From Camelus dromedarius (lineage: Eukaryota), in contig NC_087437.1 of NCBI RefSeq assembly GCF_036321535.1, positions 76,758,001 to 76,822,000 on the forward strand: a DNA stretch of 64,000 bases. Direction: 5' to 3'. Position 1 is the first letter of the stretch, and every line of letters begins with the position of its first letter. Position numbers and translations under genes: made by a program. Under the pieces are notes generated by a model. The model saw only the letters and a program-made list of their open reading frames with translations. It was not told the DNA's origin and ran no database searches. Shown here one piece after another: positions 51,102 through 63,776 of this stretch.

Positions 51102-51790
51102 CTTTTTTTTTTAACATTTTTTATTGATTTATAATCATTTTACAATGTTGTGTCAAATTCCAACGTAGAGCACAATTTTTCAGTTACACATGAACATATA
51201 TATTCATTGTCACATTTTTTTCTCTATGAGCTACTATAAGATCTTGTATATATTTCCCTGTGCTATACAGTATAATCCTGTTTATCTATTCTACATTTTG
51301 AAATCCCAGTCTATCCGTTCCCACCCCCCGCCCCCTTGGCAACCACAAGTTTGTATTCTATGTCTATGAGTCTGTTTCTGTTTTGTATTTATGTGGTTGT
51401 TTTTTTTTTTTTATTCCACACATGAGCAATCTCATATGGTATTTTTCTTTCTCTTTCTGGCTTACTTCACTTAGAATGACATTCTCCAGGAACATCTATG
51501 TTGCTGCAAATGGCGTTATGTTGGTTTTTATGACTGAACAGCATTCCGTTGTGTAAATATACCACATCTTCTTTATCCAGTCATCTGTTGATGGACATCT
51601 AGGCTGTTTCCATGTTTTGGCTATTGTAAATAGTGCTGCTATGAACATTGGGGTGCAGGTGTCATTTTGAAATAGGGTTCCTTCTGGATATATGCCCAGG
51701 AGCAGGATTCCTGGGTCATATGGTAAGTCTATTCCTAGTCTTTTGAGGAATCTCCATACTGTTTTCCACAGTGGCTGTACCAAACTGCAT
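51102..51790 (-). mobile_element. Young 5'-truncated L1 (camelid-like 3' end) with TSD
   Basis: Poly(T) at the left, ORF2 C-terminus ([12 protein letters not shown]...[19 protein letters not shown]), 14-bp TSD TTAAAAGTTGTGCT at 51088-51101 and 51791-51804, and a TTTT/GA endonuclease-type site. Confidence 0.95.
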
Positions 51791-51984
51791 TTAAAAGTTG
51801 TGCTTTTGATCCTAATTATTTATACTATCAATTCTAGTATTGCACACTTGTCCATGTTGTATTAATTTTCAAAGAGTTTAATTTTGTTAATCATCATGTC
51901 ATAGGGCAAAAGGGTGTGTCACTGTATCTATAAATGAGACAGTCATTGTCTAAACTGGCTGGTGAAAACCTGGACCAACTCCAG

Positions 51985-52110
51985 CCTAGAGACAGTAGTT
52001 GAGGCATGAACTTCTGGACCCAGTGGTCTGGGTTCAAATCCTGTCCCTCTCCTAAATTAGTGAGTAAGGCCAAGGTACCATGGGCACTGCTAATCACTTA
52101 TAAGGAGGTG
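51985..52110 (+). mobile_element. MIR fragment
   Basis: 'gtctgggttcaaatcctgtccctc'. Confidence 0.65.
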
Positions 52111-52929
52111 TAAGACCCAACTCTTGCCCTCACGAAGCTTGCAGGCAAGATCTTTGATCAATAGATATCGAGGTCTTAGAAAGCTATGTGGTACAGTACA
52201 TACTCAATATATGTCATTTGAATGAAAGGATGAGGCCTAGAAAATTAAGTATCTTGCCCAGTGTTTACAAATCCAGAATCGACCTTAATGTTGGTGTGCT
52301 AACTTGTTGTTCAATACCTCACTTGTGTTGCTTCTCAGTAGTCTGTCTTGGAATGTGAATGAAACCCAAAAGGACTGTATTAGGTGCAGATCAAGATAAT
52401 GATGAAAATTTATGATAATCAGAATTGAATTTTAAGTTGTTGAATTGATTTCCAGGGATACTAAGAACTTACTGTGGTTTTGAAATTTTCCCATATGTAT
52501 TATTCTCTCCTTCTCCATCTTCCCTCCCCACTCCTATTCCTATAGGTAAAATTTATGTGAAACCTATAAAGATATTATTCTAGTGTAAGGAAGAGTAGGA
52601 GAAAAGTTCAGTATGAAGAAGTGCACCTGGTTCATCCATAGATAAGTGAGAAGAGCCCAAGGTCTAAGAGGCTGTACCTTAGGAGAGCACCAAAAAAGGA
52701 CATCAGTCATACTGTCCCCAAAGATTTAGAAACTGGTACAAGGGGCCACTGTATTTGGTTCAGGATTACAAGGATTAAAAGTGAAAGGATGAGGCCTCAT
52801 GAGTCCCCATCCCTTATGTAATGAAAGTGATTAGCTTTCTGGCTTGCTGAATAAAATGGTATTCCTAATAGAATCGAAAACTTTCCTGAAGGTCAGGCAT
52901 GCTATATTTATTGCTTCCTCCTTGTCTGT

Positions 52930-53215
52930 AAGCCAGAACATTCTGTCACCGTTGTAATACAAGCCAACAAGAGCCAAATAAATCTTTGATTCTTTTGGCT
53001 CACTCTGCCATTAAACACAAGCCGTTGTAAAGTCATGAAAATTACCTGAGAAGGATGTGGAGAAATTGGTTGGTTCAGAAAAGACCGACCACAGTGATTA
53101 CAAGGATGAAAAATATGACCTGTCTGAAAACTGTAAAGAAGCTAGTGATACTTAGTTGAAAGAAAAGGAGGCTGAATGGTAACTTAATAACTATCTTCAC
53201 CTTTCAAGAGGATTA
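52930..53215 (+). mobile_element. L3/CR1 LINE ORF2 C-terminal remnant
   Basis: My translation, with one frameshift, is EKDVEKL / VQKRPTTVITRMKNMT...KKLVILS*KKRRLNGNLITIF. This matches the CR1 motif VQRRATKMI...LKELGLFSLEKRRLRGDLI. Confidence 0.72.
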
Positions 53216-54922
53216 CTACCTCTGTTTTTAGAGTTTGAAGAGTTTAAACTACCAAGGAATTATTTTGAAATTTTCCTGTAACCAGCACATTTGACTCATT
53301 TCATATTAATTGTAATTTTTCATATAAAAAATGTGAACTTGTATCTGGCATTCTTTCATTTGAAAGAAGAAGTGGTGGGAAGTGACAGTTAAGTAAAGAG
53401 TATTGCTTCAGCTGTTTCTTACATCTGAGGGATAGCATTTTTTTTCCATAGTATAAACAAGTTTTGGCAAGTTCTTTCCATTTATTAAACTCTAATACCT
53501 ATGGATTAAATTCTTCTGTTTCTTGGCTCCAGCTATGCTGTGAGTTATTATTGTCAAGCCTTAATAATAATGACAGAAAGGAGGAAATAAACGTGTTAGA
53601 AGTTAAATTGCATTCCTTGTCACTTTATAATGTGAAATAACAGAACTTGGAATCATTTCCTTGTATATTTCTGGATAAATATTAATAATATTTATAGGGT
53701 CTCAAAAGTTGTTTTGAATCAATCAGCGAGCATTTACTAAGTGTCAGATTTTGCTTAGTGCTAGATGTTTGACTGAAAGAGAAAAGAAAGAGTTAGGATA
53801 TGATCTCAAACCTAGTGGTAAAGAAAAGATAATGAATTAAAGGTTGGTGAGCAGTACTTATTCACATACATGTTCAAGGCCTCAAGGGAAGCACGAATTC
53901 TGAGCCAGAACACACAGAGCCAGAAGTCTAAATAGAAGCCTTTCTTAGCTGTTAACTCTAGTGCTCCACATTCATATAGCTCTGTTCCTTTTAGTGCCCC
54001 CACGCAGAGTGTATTTCTACCAGACTTTTCCTTCTCTCTGGTTTTCGTTTTGTTTTTTCTTTATATCTGAGCTTCTCCTTGCTCGTATTTTTTCTGGATA
54101 ATCTTTTTGCCTATCAAAGCCTGTCTTTTGCTTTTGATATTTAAATTATTTAATTTCCTACTTCTAGGAGCCACCTTCTTCTATCCTTAATTCAGATTCT
54201 GATTATCCCTCCTAATGTGCATGCCAGATCATGCCATAGGTCACAGGCCAACCCCTGGGTCAGGAGCCGTGGTGCATCAAACTCCACTTTCCCTAGGACT
54301 TTCCCTGCAGCAGGCACTGTGGTCTGAGCAGTTTCCCTTGCAGAGATGAGAGCAGAGCCATCACTGTAATTTGCATTTAAATTTTGAAGGAGATACGAAA
54401 TTTAGAAAGTTGAAAAAGATCCAGTTTGAAGGAACATCTGGAGAGGACCCAAATACACAGAGGAACCAATGATTACAGGGCTCAGGAAGACGGCCTGCTT
54501 CCCTAGGCAGAAAGCACTCTAAGGACGATAGTGTAAGTAAATGTATCTGGTTAGGTAGGGAGAGGATTGGAAGCAGAAGCTGTCTGAGGCAGGATGAGAT
54601 TTTGGACTGATTGTTATTGAGTCAAGAATTTAACAGTTAAGCAACAGTTAAAGGAATATAGTTGTGACATGTTCAAATTAAATACCCGAAGAGGAGTTCT
54701 AAAATCAATTTAAAAAAACCTTTTCTTTTCTTTTTTTTTTTTTTTTTACATTTTATTTTGATTAGTAAGGGACTCTTTTAGAGAGGGGCGTGGGCATCTT
54801 TCACTATAGGAAGAGATTATATTCATTTTGCTGAGAGAAATACATAACACTAGAGAAGCTAGAATGTGGTAAATTGGGAAATAAAGTATCATTACAAGAG
54901 ACAGAGGAAATGCACATTTTGG

Positions 54923-54970
54923 CCTGACCCTTTTCCTAACCCAAACACTAACCCTAATCCTGACCCTCAG
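54923..54970. repeat. Degenerate telomere-like (CCTAAC)n hexamer run
   Basis: cctgac cctttt cctaac ccaaac actaac cctaat cctgac cctcag. Confidence 0.7.
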
Positions 54971-55769
54971 AGAAATGGCCTTTCAAATGGCCTTTAATCC
55001 TGCAGGAAATGAAAAGCTAAATTTTTCCAAGTGTTAGTCTTAAAGAGACAATGCTATTTAGAAAAATAGAAAATTATATATATATAGCCACCTACATAGA
55101 CAAACGCATATATACAAATTGTAACTGTTTCAAACTTTTTTACTCTCAGATATGAGACTATATTATTTTTCCCTCCGTTTAGAAAGACATATGTCATTGA
55201 TGATTTTTTTTTATCACACAGTGACCCTGGTTTAAATGTTTGGTCTATGTTCATGTTAAAGGAGAAAAAGAACAAATGACTGTGTAATCAAGAAAATTAA
55301 GCACAAGCGTGGTATCTTCTAATTACAGAGTTTAGTGCTTGTGGGTTCCCATTTGTCCATTCCTACATGGTTGCTTCATATCCATCAACAAATCAATTCA
55401 CAGTGTTGAAAAATCTTCTGCTCCCAGTCCTATGCTGTTTATCAAATGATACCTGAAAGTCTAAGACAGGACTGCTGCTCATAGTAAGCTCATAATTTAT
55501 TTGAGGACACAGAACTCATACACATCACACAGTTCACGAATGAGACATTCATGTACCACATGTAGGCAGGCCCTGCCTTCACTGTGCTTGCAGAGATCCA
55601 GTTTTAAAATATATTATTGCAGGGTAGATTCTCAGTTGGCAATGTGCTGTTTTCTGATATTATTATCTTTGTCTTTAGGGCATATTTGACTTGCCTACTA
55701 GTAAAAGAGTACTAGTTAAAATTTGTTAAATTCAAATTTACCTAACATATGTTATCTATTATACATAAT

Positions 55770-55950
55770 GCATTATTTTTGTATATATCTTGTTTAATCT
55801 GCACAAAATTTCAGCCCAGAACATGTTCATTATTTTTAGATAACAAATAGCTCAGAGAAGTTAAATTGTGTGGCCAAAGTTACATACTTACTGTCAACCT
55901 TGAGATTTGAAAATTGATTGTTCTCATTCCAAGTTTAGTATTCTTTTTGC
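55770..55950 (-). mobile_element. MIR fragment
   Basis: 'agctcagagaagttaaattgtgtggccaaagttacat'. Confidence 0.55.
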
Positions 55951-58364
55951 TGTCTGTCCCGTGACCTTCATCCAGTGATTATGTGGGTAGGGAATTGAGA
56001 ATTGATTGTATCTCTTTACTGGGCATTGCCAATGATCAAAACTTTAAAATGCAAGACACAGAGAGGTAGATACTCTTTGCCCAGATACAGTAAATTCTAT
56101 TGTTCACATGATTAGAGTTGAGAACTGTTATACTTAAGATGCTAATTGAGGGATACAACACCAATTAAGAAAAAGGTTAAATAAAGTATGGCCAGTGTGG
56201 ACTAGTATCACTAGGAAAACTTCATGGGGAATTTGACTAATGTCTTGAAAGTTTACTAACAACCATATGAATAAATATCTGTGTTTCACGTCTTTCTTTC
56301 CTCTTGCCTCCTTTCCTTCTTTTCTTTTTTACTATTTGCTGTATAACTGCTGTGTTTCATACAGTAGTTGTTGGGATTTTCTATGTAAATTACCTTCATG
56401 TATGATATGTTATTCTCATAAGAATCTTTTATGTTAGGCACAGCAGATGTTACCTCTTCTTTTTGATGAGGAAATCTGTACACCTGGTTTCCCTAGTTCT
56501 TGCCTTCCACGCTAATATCGGTCCCCAATGCCATACAAGTCCCTTCAAGAATTGCTTGAGACCCCAGGGAGTGTCTTGTATGTGTTCGTGGACCAGTCTA
56601 CAGCTGGCTGATTTTCTAGGCTCTGGTACGGCTTCTTCTGGGTGGTACTTTATCTGTCACATCATGTTCACTGGGTGCTACCACTCAAAAATGTCATTGT
56701 GCCACTTTTGCTGGTCTCACCGCTAATGAAATATGCCCTCAGAAAGCTAAAACTGGACAGAACTTTCTGGCACAGTTGAGAGATTGCTTTTTCTCCTTCT
56801 GTGTATTGTGCTTTTAAAGATTCCAAATGTCTCAATTTTTTGAGGAATCAGCTGTCAGTCGCAGCCCATTTTCAAGATCCAAGATACGAGTTTAGAGAGA
56901 GGTCAGACAAGAACAACACTAACACTTAGTGTCATATTGACTCTGGCCATCAGGACTCTGTTATTCATCAAACTTCTGCTAAAAATTTCTTTTTTCTTTA
57001 GGAATAGTTTCTTCAGTCCCTCTTGCAAACAGGCTCCTGGCAGACTTACTTCTTCAACTGGCCAGGCATGCCTTGCTTTTTTCTGATTTCTGTTGATGGT
57101 AGATCAAAGTGGAACCTAAGACTAAGAGGCAGGTCCAGAAGTAAACTTTCTGGTTACAGAACTAAAAATTAATTTTTCAAAAAGTTAATTAATCAGAAAA
57201 TTTTATAATAAAAATTTTTAATAACTTACCTGTTAATATTAATAACATTTCAATCAATTCATTCCAGGGTAGACTATAGACATATGAACAGTGGAAACTC
57301 AAATAGGAGCAACTTTGACAAACATACTGAATTGTGTATGAACTTACTTTGTGATGGGGAAAACAAGGGTCCCATATGCTATGAAACCGTTGCTGCTGAG
57401 TAAGAAGACGTGTAGACCCTTGAGTGCTGGATGAAGAAATTTCCAAATCTCCGTCCAATCTCCTTTTAATATTCTATTAAACTTTTTTCATGCTGTGGTC
57501 TATTTGTAGCCTCATGATATACAGCTTATAGTCTTCTTTTATTTTTCATTGTTTTAATCACTTCATGGTTATAAATACAAATAGAATTTCTATATTAAAT
57601 CAAATTTTTAGTAAGATGAATTCTATTGATTAATATTCTTTAAGAATATAGAAAACACACCTTAAGTTCAGTTTTTATAACAAAACAAATTGGTTTACTC
57701 ATAACATATTCATATCTTCTAGCAAACATCTGCTGCATTAGGAGCCCCACCATTGGCTCTTTTTTGCAAAGAAAAAAGTTAACATAAAGAATATTTTAGA
57801 GCTACTTTCAGATCCAAATTCAAAATCTTGGCTTGGACTAAGGACTCAGTGGGACTTCATTTGAATTGCTACAGAGGATTTGATTGAAAACTCAAGAGTT
57901 TCTGCATTCCTTCTGCAGAGACAGGTCTGTAGAATTTAGAATAACACCCCTGAGAGGCATTAAGCAACAAGTCATGATTTCTCACTTTCCTGTCTCATTT
58001 GTCTGAGAAAGTAGTTTTTCTTTCGTGAAAGAGGGTAAAAATGAAGTCATTAGTTTCAGTTTTCACTCTCTTCCAGTATTATGCCAAGCTTTGGTTTCAA
58101 ATTAAGTTTTCAGCTGTTTCTCTACCTGGGTGGATAAAGAAGTGTGTCTTTTATAAATAAGATTAGTATTGAGAATTGATATATTAACAGATAGCACTGT
58201 AAATTGATAGACTTCCAAGTTAACCTATAATCCACAAATCAAGTTCTATTACAGTTTCCTCTTATCACATCAGTGATGAGGAACTTCCATACCAAATGGA
58301 GTAACACGGGGTAGCATTGAACTTGCCTTTCCCTTTGTTGCATTAACTAAACCATGCAAAACTC

Positions 58365-58452
58365 TTTGTTTGTCTCCATCAGTACTGTGTTGGCTATTCA
58401 TAGTTTTTTGCCTCTTCACATAAACTATAGAGTCAGTTTGTTGATGTCCATA
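58365..58452 (-). mobile_element. Old L1M ORF2 fragment (left host piece)
   Basis: 'gtgttggctattc...tttgcctcttcacataaactatagagtcagtttgttga' is homologous to 60050-60110. Confidence 0.6.
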
Positions 58453-58457
58453 ATTGT

Positions 58458-61400
58458 GTTTCTTTCTTTAATTTTTTAATTTAATTTTTTAAATTGAACT
58501 ATAGTTGACTTACAGTGTTAGTTTCAGGTGTACAGAAAGCAATTCAGTTATATATATACACATACACACACATATATACATACATATATATATCCTATAT
58601 TATGGCTCATTATAAGAAATTGAATATAGTTCCTAGTGCTATACAATAGGTCCTTGTTGTTCATCTGTTTTATATATAGTAATGTGTATCTGTTAATCCC
58701 AAACTCCTAATCTATCCCTCCTTCCCCTTTCCCTATAGTAGCCACAGTTTGTTTTCTGTGTCCATGAGTCAGTTTCAGCTTTGTAAATAAAATCTGTATC
58801 CATTTTTAGATTCCACATATAAGGGATATCATATGATATTTGTCTTTATCTGACTTACTTCACTTAATATGATAATCTCTAGGCCTATCCATGTTGCTGC
58901 AAATGGCAATATTTCATTCTTTTTATGGCCAAGTAATATTTTTCTGTAATATTTTTCAAGTAATACACCACACCTTTATCCAGACATCTGTTGATGGACG
59001 CTTAGGCTGTTTCCATGTCTTGGCTATTGTAAATACTGCTGCTATGATCATTGGGGTGCGTGTGTCTCTTCAAATTATAGTTTTCTCGAGATATGTGCCC
59101 AGAAGTGGGACTGCTGGATCATATGGTGAGTCTATTTTTAGTTTTTTAAAGACCCTTCATACTGTCCTCCATAGTGGCTGCATCAATTTACATTCCCACC
59201 AAGAGTGTAGGAGGATTCCTTTTTCTCCACACTCTCTCCAGCATTTATCGTTTGTGGACTTAATAATGGCCATTCTGACTGGTATGAGGTGGTACCTCAT
59301 TGCAGTTTTGATTTGCATTTCTCTAATAATTAGCAATATTGAACATCTTTTCATGCCCCTGTTGGCTGTCTGGGTGTCTTATTTGGAGAAATGTCTATTT
59401 AGGTCTTCTGCCCATTTTTTGATTGGGTTGCTTGTTTTGTTGATATTAAGCTGTATGAGCTGTTTGCGTATTTTGGAAATTAGTCCCTTGTTGGTCACGT
59501 CATTTGCAAATATTTTCTCCCATTCTGTAGGTTGCGTTTTCATTTTGTTTGTGGTTTCCTTTGCTGTGCAAAAGCTTCTAAGTTTAACTGGGTCCCATTT
59601 GTTTATTTTTGCTTTTATTTCTGTTACTCTAAGCTGGCTCAAAAAAAATACTGTTATGATTTATATCAATGAGTGTACTGCTTATATTTTCCTCTAGGAG
59701 TTTTGTAGTATCTGGTCTTACATTTTGGGCTTTAATCCATTTTGGGTTTATTTTTGTATATAGTGTTAGAGAAAGTTCTAATTTCTTTCTGTTACAAGTA
59801 GCCATCCAATTTTCCCAGCACCACTCAGTAAAGAGACTGTCTTTTCTCTATTGTATATTCTTGCCTCCTTTGTCATAGGTTAATTGACCAAAAGTGTGTG
59901 GGCTTATTTCTGAGCTTTCTATCTTGTTCCATTGATCTATGTGTCTGTTTTTGTGCCAGTAGCATATTGTTTTGATTATGGTATCTTTGTAGTATAGTCT
60001 GAAGTCAGGGAGTGTGATTCCCCCAGCTCCATTCTTCTTTCCCAAGATTATTTTGGCTATTTGGGGTCTTTTGTGTTTTCATACAAATTTTAAATTTTTT
60101 TGTTCCAGTTCTGTGAAAATTGTCATTGGTAATTTGATAGGGATTGCATTGAATCTCTATATTGCTTTGGATAGTAGGGCCATTTTAACAATATTGTTTC
60201 TTCCAATCCAAGAACACAGTATATTTTTCCGTCTGTTTATGTCATCTTCAGTTTTTTTCCATTGGGTCTTATAGTTTTTGGAGTAAAGACCCTTTGTCTC
60301 CTTAGGTAGGTTTATTCCTAGGTATTTTATTCTTTTTGATGTGATGGTAAATGGGATTGTTTCCTTAATTTCTTTTTCTTATATTTCATCATTAGGGTAT
60401 AGAAATGCAACAGATTTCTGTATGTTGATTTTGTATCCTACCACTTTACTGAATTCACTGATGAGCTCTAGTAGTTTCCTGGTAGCATCTTTAGGATTTT
60501 CTATGTATATATCATGTCATCTGCAAACAGATTTTCTATGTATATATCATGTCATCTGCAAACAGTGACAGTTTTACTTCTTTTTTTCCAATTTGGATTC
60601 CTTTTATTTCTTTTTCTTCTCTGATTGCTGTGGCTAGGACTTCCAAATCTATGTTGAATACAAGTTGTGAGAGTGGGTGTCTTTTCTTGTTCCTGATTTT
60701 AGAAGAAATACTTTCAGCTTTTCATTATTGAGTATCATGCTAGCTGTGGGTTTCCTCATATATGACCTTTATTATGTTGCAGTACGTTCCCTCCATGCCC
60801 ACTTTGTGGAGAGTTTTTATCATAAGTGGGTATTGAATTTTATTAAAACCTTTTTCTGTGTCTATTGAGATGATCATATGGTTTTTATTCTTCAGTTTGT
60901 TAATGTCATATATCACATTGATTAATTTGCAGATATTGAAAAATCCTTGCAGCCCTGGGATAAATCCCACTTGATCATGGTGTATGATTCTTTTAATATA
61001 TTGTTCGAGTTGATTTGCTAGTATTTTGTTGGGAATTTTGGATCTATATTCATAGGTGATATTGGCCTGTAATTTTCTTGTTTTGTGATATCTTTGTCTG
61101 GTCTTGGTATCAGTGTGATAGTGTCCTCATAGAATGAATTTGGAAATGTTCCTTTGCAATGTTTTGGAATAGTTTCAGAAGGATAGGTGTTAACCCTTCG
61201 CTAAGTGTTTGGTAGAATTCACCTGTGAAGCCGTCTGGTCCTGGACTTCTGTTTGTTGGGAGTTTTTAAATTACTGATTCAATTTCAGTCCTGGTAATTG
61301 GTCTTTTTATATTTTCTATTTCTTCCTGGTTCAGTTTTGGCAAATTTTACCTTTCTAAGATATTGTCCATTTCTTCTAGGTTGTCCAGTTTGTTGGTGTA

Positions 61401-62034
61401 TAGTTAGTTGCTCATAGTAACCTCTTATGATCCTTTGTATTTCTGTGGTGGTGGTTGTAACTTCTTTTTCATTTCTGATTTTATTTATTTGGGCCCTCTC
61501 CCTTTTTTTCTTGATGAGTCTGGCTAAAGTTTTATCGATTTAGTTTATCTTTTCATATAACCAGCTTTTGTTTAATTGACGTTTTCTATTGTTTTTTAGT
61601 CTCTATTTCGTTTATTTCTGCTCTAATCTTTATAATTTCTTTCCTCCTACTAACTTTGGGTTTCATTTGTTCTTCTTTCTCTAGTTGCTTTAGGTGTAAG
61701 GCTAAGTTGTTTACTTGAGATTTTTCTTATTTTCTGAGGTAAGCTTATATTGCTATAAACTTCCCTCTTGGAACTGCTTTTTGCTGTACCCAAGAGGTTT
61801 TTAGATAGTCATGTTTTTATTTCCATTTGTCTTTAAGTATTTTTTGATTTCCTCTTTGATTTCTTCAGTGATCCATTGATTGTTTTGTAGCATATTATTT
61901 AGCCTCCATGTTTTTGTGATTTTTGCAGTTTTTTTCTTGTTGATTTCTAATCTCATAGTGTTGTGGTTGGAAAAGATGCTTGATATGATTTCAGTTTTTA
62001 AAAATGTACTGAGGCTTGCTTTGTGGGCCAGCAT
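58458..62034 (-). mobile_element. 5'-truncated artiodactyl-type L1 (~3.6 kb): 3' UTR plus disrupted ORF2 from late EN through RT to the C-terminus
   Basis: ORF2 peptides [24 protein letters not shown]...[33 protein letters not shown]...[19 protein letters not shown]. Multiple frameshifts and stops. Confidence 0.97.
60495..60565. repeat. Perfect 35-bp tandem duplication within L1 RT
   Basis: gattttctatgtatatatcatgtcatctgcaaaca occurs twice in tandem. Confidence 0.97.
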
Positions 62035-62320
62035 CTATTTTTTTGAGATATATTGGTCTGTACTTTTATTTTATTGTACTGTCTTTGTCTGGTTTTGGTA
62101 TTAAGGCAATGTTTACCATAGAATTGTTAAACTCATAGAATGAGTTAAGTATTCCATCTGCTTCTATCTTCTGAAAGAGGTTACAGAGAATTGGTATAAT
62201 TTCTTCCTTAAATGTTTGGTAGATTTCACCAATGAACCCATCTGAGCCTGATACTCTTTCTATTTTGGAAGGTTATTAACTATAGGTTCAATTTATTTAC
62301 TAGTTATAGGCCTATTCTTA
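62031..62320 (-). mobile_element. Old L1M ORF2 fragment (right host piece)
   Basis: 'atattggtctgta...gtctttgtctggttttggtatt...tcatagaatgagtt...aaatgtttggtagatttcacc' is homologous to 61040-61310 but more diverged. Confidence 0.8.
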
Positions 62321-62982
62321 TTTTCCTTAATAGCTTTATAGTATCACAGGTCTTTTTCTGCACTTCATTTTCCGGTGTTTCATGAGACCCTTTCATTTTC
62401 ACGTCAAGCTGTTGGCTGCTTCAGACAGGGAATGAGGATGTCGTTGGTATAAGGAGATCAAAGGTACAATGAAGGGAGATTAAGAAAACTACATGACCAT
62501 TCCTTAAATTTCAGGAAGGATGGTGATATCATATAACAAAGTTAATATTGTGTACACATTTAATGGATTAGGTTGAGAAAGTAGAGAAAATAAGAGACAA
62601 CCATGGCTAGTGCCAACATTAACCCAGGCACATAGGCCCCTAGACTAGTTTCCATGATTTGGAAGGCCCCACTCTTATTCTTCCCTGACTATGCCCTTCA
62701 TTTCAGTATGAAGATTTTTCTGGGTCTAAGGGTATGTTTCCCATCTCAAACCCATGCCTCCCTCCCCCAATTCTAAACCATGCTCTGGGAACCTCAAAAT
62801 TCATCAGCTCACATGCCAGTGCCTACATGGACTTCTTCCCTGTATCCATCTTCCTAGGTAGACACGTGTATTTTTTCCTACATCCAAGAAGGACATCTAT
62901 TTATACTCTTGCCTAGGTTCAGAACATGTTAGGGGCAATCTGACCATGTTTGCTCATAATGATAATTAGGCTAGAGATGTGT

Positions 62983-62985
<3 letters not shown>

Positions 62986-63023
<38 letters not shown>

Positions 63024-63062
63024 TGTGTGTGTGTGTCTGTGTGTCTGTGTCTGTGTGTCTGT
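62986..63062. repeat. (TG)n / (TGTGTC)n compound microsatellite
   Basis: Read directly from the sequence. Confidence 0.95.
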
Positions 63063-63683
63063 AGGTTATTAGAGAGTAAAGGGGAGAAAATGTAATCATC
63101 TCTCTGCTTATGTTTCTAGGGATTTGGCAGCTTAGGTCTGGATTGGCTCCCACCTGTCAGCAAATTCACATAGAAAAGATCAATGATGCATGCATGAAAG
63201 TCTGAAAAGATGAGTTTTACAACTTTGGAATCAGGTTTTCCTATTACAGGGATATATGGGAGGAAGGTGGAAAGAAGACCATTCCTGCAGATAGAAGCCC
63301 TAGTAATGGAGAAATCAATAATTTAAGGTGAAAGCAGGGTTTGGAGAGGGTTTGATTTGGAAAGGGTATATTGGATCATGCTTATAGGCAAAGAGAAATA
63401 AACTAGTTGAAAGGGAAATAAAAAATTGCTTTATTATGTACTGACATTACTAAAACATACCCTTTGAGTTTATTGGATAGTAAAAGTTCCTTTTTATATT
63501 GCAAATATTTTATCTGTACTTTTTTAGTGTATAGCATTTTCCTATAACCTTACATATAAACTATAATTTACTGACCCTTAAATGTAGGACTGGCAACTCT
63601 AACTTAGTGTTAATGATTCAGGATATTTAGTAGGCATGACAGTTGCTGTAATGTCTCATGGAGTCACCCACAGGTTTGCAGAT

Positions 63684-63774
63684 TGCTATGGACTGAATTG
63701 TGTCCCCCTGAAAATTCATACATTGAAGAACTAACCTCCAATGTGATGGCATTTGGAATTGGGACTGTGAGAGA
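63684..63774 (+). mobile_element. MLT1A-like LTR 5' part
   Basis: 'tgctatggactgaattgtgtccccc...aattcatacattgaag...aacctccaatgtgatggcatttgga'. Confidence 0.85.
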
Positions 63775-63776
63775 TA

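Noticed and set aside
58891..59697. Longest ORF in the window (268 aa, + strand)
   Set aside because: It is antisense to L1 ORF2. Such hydrophobic antisense ORFs are a routine L1 by-product.
62600..62942. Possible hAT-Tip100 (MER45/MER91-like) element
   Set aside because: Only a vague terminal resemblance. TIRs and an 8-bp TSD are not demonstrable.
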